Origin: Chlamydiia bacterium
Lineage (GTDB): Bacteria > Chlamydiota > Chlamydiia > Chlamydiales > JAYUZV01
Assembly (NCBI GenBank): GCA_043751475.1
Contig: JAYUZV010000014.1
Location: 1-57,520 of the forward strand
Direction: 5' to 3'
DNA length: 57,520 bases
Made by a program: the position numbers and the translations under genes. Shown piece by piece: positions 55,201 to 57,520 of this stretch (its first letter is position 1; each line of letters starts with the position of its first letter). The notes under the pieces were generated by a model. The model made no database searches and was not told where the DNA came from. It worked only from the letters and a program-made list of their open reading frames with translations.

Positions 55201-56020
55201 TGAAAAACCCTTTTCAAAACCCCCTAAACTCACTGTTCAACCTCTGAAAGCTCAACTCCTGCGGCGTGAAAAAGAGCTTCTCGGCTTTTTTCTGACAGGC
55301 CACCCGATGGATGAGTATAAACATCTCCTTAAAAAACTCTCCTGCACCCCTTTTCACCATGTAGCAACCTTGTCTGATGGGGTAATTTTTCGGTGCGCTT
55401 TTATTATTGAAAGTGTTCAGATAAAACTCGCCTCGCGCTCGCAAAAAAAGTTTGCCATCTTAAATGTGAGCGACGGCATTGAAAGTATTGAACTACCCAT
55501 TTGGCCGGAACTCTACGAAGAGAAGAGCGGAACACTCCTTGAAAATCAGCTCATTTACGCAATATTGCAAAAAGAGAGCGGCGAGGGCTCTGCGCGCTAT
55601 CAGTGCAAGTGGCTCATCGATTTAACAGAGGTTAATGACGCAGCTATTAACGCATGTGACACCGCCTTTGACAAAGCAAAAGTTCTTTCAAAAACCCATC
55701 AACTGAGAAAAAAAATGGAGACAAAAGGCGGAGCTGAAATGAAAAAAGAGCGTAAAAAAGAAGTGCATGAAGAGAAAATTCCGCGCCTATTAAAAATAAA
55801 AATTGACGCCGCAAAGATCCACTTTTCGCATATTCTTGAGATGAAAAAAATGATTCAAGAAAATAGTGGAAAAAGTGCCCTGAAACTCGAATTTTATGCA
55901 GACGGCAGAGACCTTGGAAGCGTAGAAATTGATGCGAGCTGGGGCATTACCTGCTCACGAGATGTCGAGAATGCCCTGCGTGAGAAGAGTTTTGTTAAAG
56001 AAATTGAGATTGTTCACTGA
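52274..56020 (+). CDS. dnaE: DNA polymerase III subunit alpha
   Basis: PHP domain N-terminus (WVNLHVHSQYSVLGS), polymerase core (PGRGSGAGSIVLYLIGITDIEP, PDIDVD, FNKSHAAAYG). The start is placed at the ATG at 52274; the ORF track begins at the GTG at 52238. Confidence 0.93.
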   Translation: MKWVNLHVHSQYSVLGSTASVKELAAAGKKSGMEALALTDDGNLYGAVEFTKECQEAGVRPIIGCELTVAPESRKEKKKIGGIHGSPIILLAKNRIGYRNLCKLSSSAFIDGFYYTPRIDKELLSAHFEGLICLSGGLKGPIARHVLTGDEKALHEEVLWYQNLFKEDFYFELQNHEMSDEDLKLEGITKESWLNQSYIEYVSGQKKVIDHLTAMGRKLSIPCVATNDTHYIAREDWRAHEIMMNIQSGEPCEIWELDSHGKPKNKIVNPKRKTMPVHELNFKTEEEMALRFQSYPETLETSLTIAKKCDLLIDFKTKFYPVFVPPALEETSYTEKEREDATHTFMQQLCKEGIEKRYDKIALNEVAKHYPGKDPLEVVHQRVKYELDLIISKGMCDYLLIVYDFIAWAKRRGIPMGPGRGSGAGSIVLYLIGITDIEPLRFNLFFERFINPERLSYPDIDVDICMDRRSEVIDYTVQKYGHSKVAQIITFGTMKAKMAIKDVGRTLSIPLPKVNQIAKLIPDDLNMTLRRALEIDPDLAKLYKEDEEVHHLLNLALRLEGSVRNTGIHAAGIIICADPLTDHIPICNPKDSPIMVTQYSMKPVEAVGMLKIDFLGLKTLTSIQKAVEAIEESRGVRLPWINLPLDDKPTFDLLNQGKTLGIFQLESGGMQELAKQLHIDKFEEIIAVGALYRPGPMEMIPSFINRKHGREEIDIDHPDMREILSETYGIMVYQEQVMQIASKLAGYSLGEGDVLRRAMGKKDLQEMMRQREKFREGAKARGISEELSMRIFDKVEKFASYGFNKSHAAAYGYLTYVTAYLKANYPYEWMAALMTCDRDDLTKVSKVIRECQAMNIPILPPDINESTAEFAATSKGVRFALSAIKGVGIGIVDAIRQERKKSGPFTDLFDFFKRIDTKKVGKKVVEYLIEAGAFDFTGWSRGEMVCSVDPMHAAASESQKESAQGIMTLFSLIEEDEKPFSKPPKLTVQPLKAQLLRREKELLGFFLTGHPMDEYKHLLKKLSCTPFHHVATLSDGVIFRCAFIIESVQIKLASRSQKKFAILNVSDGIESIELPIWPELYEEKSGTLLENQLIYAILQKESGEGSARYQCKWLIDLTEVNDAAINACDTAFDKAKVLSKTHQLRKKMETKGGAEMKKERKKEVHEEKIPRLLKIKIDAAKIHFSHILEMKKMIQENSGKSALKLEFYADGRDLGSVEIDASWGITCSRDVENALREKSFVKEIEIVH

Positions 56021-56067
56021 TTTATGCTACCCTATCGGCTAACTAACGAAATACTCTAAACACCCCT

Positions 56068-57141
56068 ATGAAAAAGATTGTCAAACACCTCCTCCTTCCG
56101 CTTGCACTCTGCTGCACAACTCTGCTCCATGCCGAAGAGAAAGAGGATATCAAAAGCTCTCAGAATGATAGCAGCGAAATTCAAGAAGTCTATGCAGCTG
56201 CACTTGCCGACTATGAGGGAAAAGATTGGTGGCATTTGCTGCAAAAGACAAAATATCTGCGCGCGAATTATCCAGACAACCTTTTTGCAGATGAACTATG
56301 GCGTCTCGGCGCAATCGCTTTCCTTAATATGGGAGAGCTTGAAAAAGCGAATGAATATTTCTCGACCTATCTAGAACAGTCCGCCTCACCAAGGCACTTT
56401 GAAGAGGTGATACTTGAGAAATTCGCCATTGCAGAGCGCTTTCGCGCAGGTGAAAAAGCGCGCCTTTTAGGTTCTAGAGATCTCCCAAAAATTGCTGGCG
56501 GAAAGCAGATTGCTCTGACTATTTATGAAGAGGTTCTATCAGCTCTACCAGGCGGAACTATTACACCAAATGCTTACTATGGAAAAGGGGAAATTCAATT
56601 GTCTCTAGGCGATTTCCCAGAATCCATTGAGACCTTTCAGCAGCTGATACGCCGCTATCCACGACATGCGCTAGCCTCAGAAGCCTATGTCTCAATTATC
56701 CGTGCCTATCTAGGGCAAGCCAAGAGTGAATATGCGGATCCTAACTTTCTCGACCTCGCGGAAATCAACTATAAAAAGTTCGAAGAGGCCTTTCCATCCG
56801 ATGAAAAACTTGCACTTGCTGGTTCCATTATAATTGAAATGCGCGAGATCTATGCGGAAGATCTCTATGCCACTGCACTCTTTTTTGAAAGGGCCAAAAA
56901 GCCGCTTGCATCGAGAATTTACTACACAAAAGTTCTCGCAAAATTTCCAGGAACAGTGCATGCGGAAAAGGTTCCCTTCCGGCTTGAGCGGCTCAAGAAA
57001 TTAGAAGATAGAATGGGTATTAAACCAGAAATAAGTGAATCAATACTACCCATCGAACTTATATCGGATGAAAAGCCCCAAGAAGAGTCGAGTGTTGTTT
57101 TAGACGCGGGCCCTGAAAAAGAGCCTCAGCAGACTCTTTAA
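56068..57141 (+). CDS. TPR-repeat outer-membrane-associated protein, BamD (YfiO)-like
   Basis: Signal peptide MKKIVKHLLLPLALCCTTLLHA and repeated TPR-like helices of BamD style (ANYPDNLFADE..., RRYPRHALASEAYVSIIRAYL). The family call is tentative. Confidence 0.45.
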   Translation: MKKIVKHLLLPLALCCTTLLHAEEKEDIKSSQNDSSEIQEVYAAALADYEGKDWWHLLQKTKYLRANYPDNLFADELWRLGAIAFLNMGELEKANEYFSTYLEQSASPRHFEEVILEKFAIAERFRAGEKARLLGSRDLPKIAGGKQIALTIYEEVLSALPGGTITPNAYYGKGEIQLSLGDFPESIETFQQLIRRYPRHALASEAYVSIIRAYLGQAKSEYADPNFLDLAEINYKKFEEAFPSDEKLALAGSIIIEMREIYAEDLYATALFFERAKKPLASRIYYTKVLAKFPGTVHAEKVPFRLERLKKLEDRMGIKPEISESILPIELISDEKPQEESSVVLDAGPEKEPQQTL

Positions 57142-57155
57142 GGAGTAGTAAACCC

Positions 57156-57520
57156 TTGAAATTTGCTCTCTTACTCCTTCTATCGACACTTTCCTTAACA
57201 GGATGCGGTTATCAATTGCAGGGTAAATCAGATGCTATAACCATGAGCGCTCCAAGCGTACATGGAGATAGCGACGGTTTACTGAGAAATGCCATCAGCT
57301 ATGCTCTTTCAAACTCCCATATTATCTGCACCTCAGATGGCCGTTATGAGCTTTTCGTCCAATTACTAGACCAGCAGAGTAGTGATCGTATCGGATTTCG
57401 TTACGACAGACAAAGCTCATCGTCTCAAAACCTCCTAGTTTCAATTGAAGGAAGAAAAAATGTGGTGGCTGAAATCACACTAAAAGATTGCGCAAATGGT
57501 AGGACGCTTCTTGAAAAAAA
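57156..57520 (+). CDS. lipoprotein, LptE (RlpB)-like, 3'-truncated by the window end
   Basis: TTG start 10 nt after AAGGAG. My translation is MKFALLLLLSTLSLTGCGYQLQGK..., with lipobox LTGC followed by GYQLQG, reminiscent of the LptE N-terminus CGFxLRG. Not in the ORF track. Confidence 0.4.
   Translation, partial: MKFALLLLLSTLSLTGCGYQLQGKSDAITMSAPSVHGDSDGLLRNAISYALSNSHIICTSDGRYELFVQLLDQQSSDRIGFRYDRQSSSSQNLLVSIEGRKNVVAEITLKDCANGRTLLEK

Noticed and set aside
1-57520. Search by eye for CRISPR arrays, rRNA genes, IS elements/transposases, integrases, prophage genes and known defence-system signatures
   Set aside because: No spaced short-repeat arrays were found, and no ORF has DDE/tyrosine-recombinase-like or phage structural motifs. 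Apart from the 33-nt paralog repeat I found no long repeats, though an exhaustive repeat search needs a program.

Overview
This 57.5-kb window reads as the chromosomal core of an obligate-intracellular, Chlamydiae-type bacterium. That placement is inferred from gene content and gene order, not from any search. Four blocks match the order I recall for Chlamydia trachomatis: lon-tsaB-rpsU-dnaJ; the rplC-to-rplQ ribosomal/secY/rpoA cluster followed by gap; hydrophobic-protein genes followed by fmt-lpxA-fabZ-lpxC-lnt; and hisS-uhpC-dnaE. Extra genes (glnS, a stand-alone heptose-1-P adenylyltransferase-like gene, an APC permease) point to a larger 'environmental' chlamydial genome. I call about 70 CDS and one tRNA-Leu(UAA). 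I found no rRNA, CRISPR array, transposase or integrase. Non-core material sits in three places. (i) A tRNA-Leu-adjacent islet (12.65-14.7 kb) holds a frameshifted methyltransferase, a tightly coupled XRE-GNAT pair, a decayed RelE/ParE-type toxin gene and a 21-bp operator-like palindrome. (ii) Three tandem hydrophobic-protein genes (30.3-32.5 kb) occupy the position where C. trachomatis has the Inc-like Cap1 gene. (iii) A four-gene cassette (43.85-46.8 kb) has two paralogous small 3-TM proteins flanking a 502-aa protein with an AHSQG serine-hydrolase motif; this is my best candidate for an undescribed effector/partner module. Also notable are a near-consensus CIRCE operator in front of a stand-alone dnaJ, a 58-aa S21-like ORF absent from the ORF track, and two single-nucleotide frameshifts (methyltransferase, aldo/keto reductase). 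All product calls come from motif and pattern recognition by eye, and none was verified by a database search.
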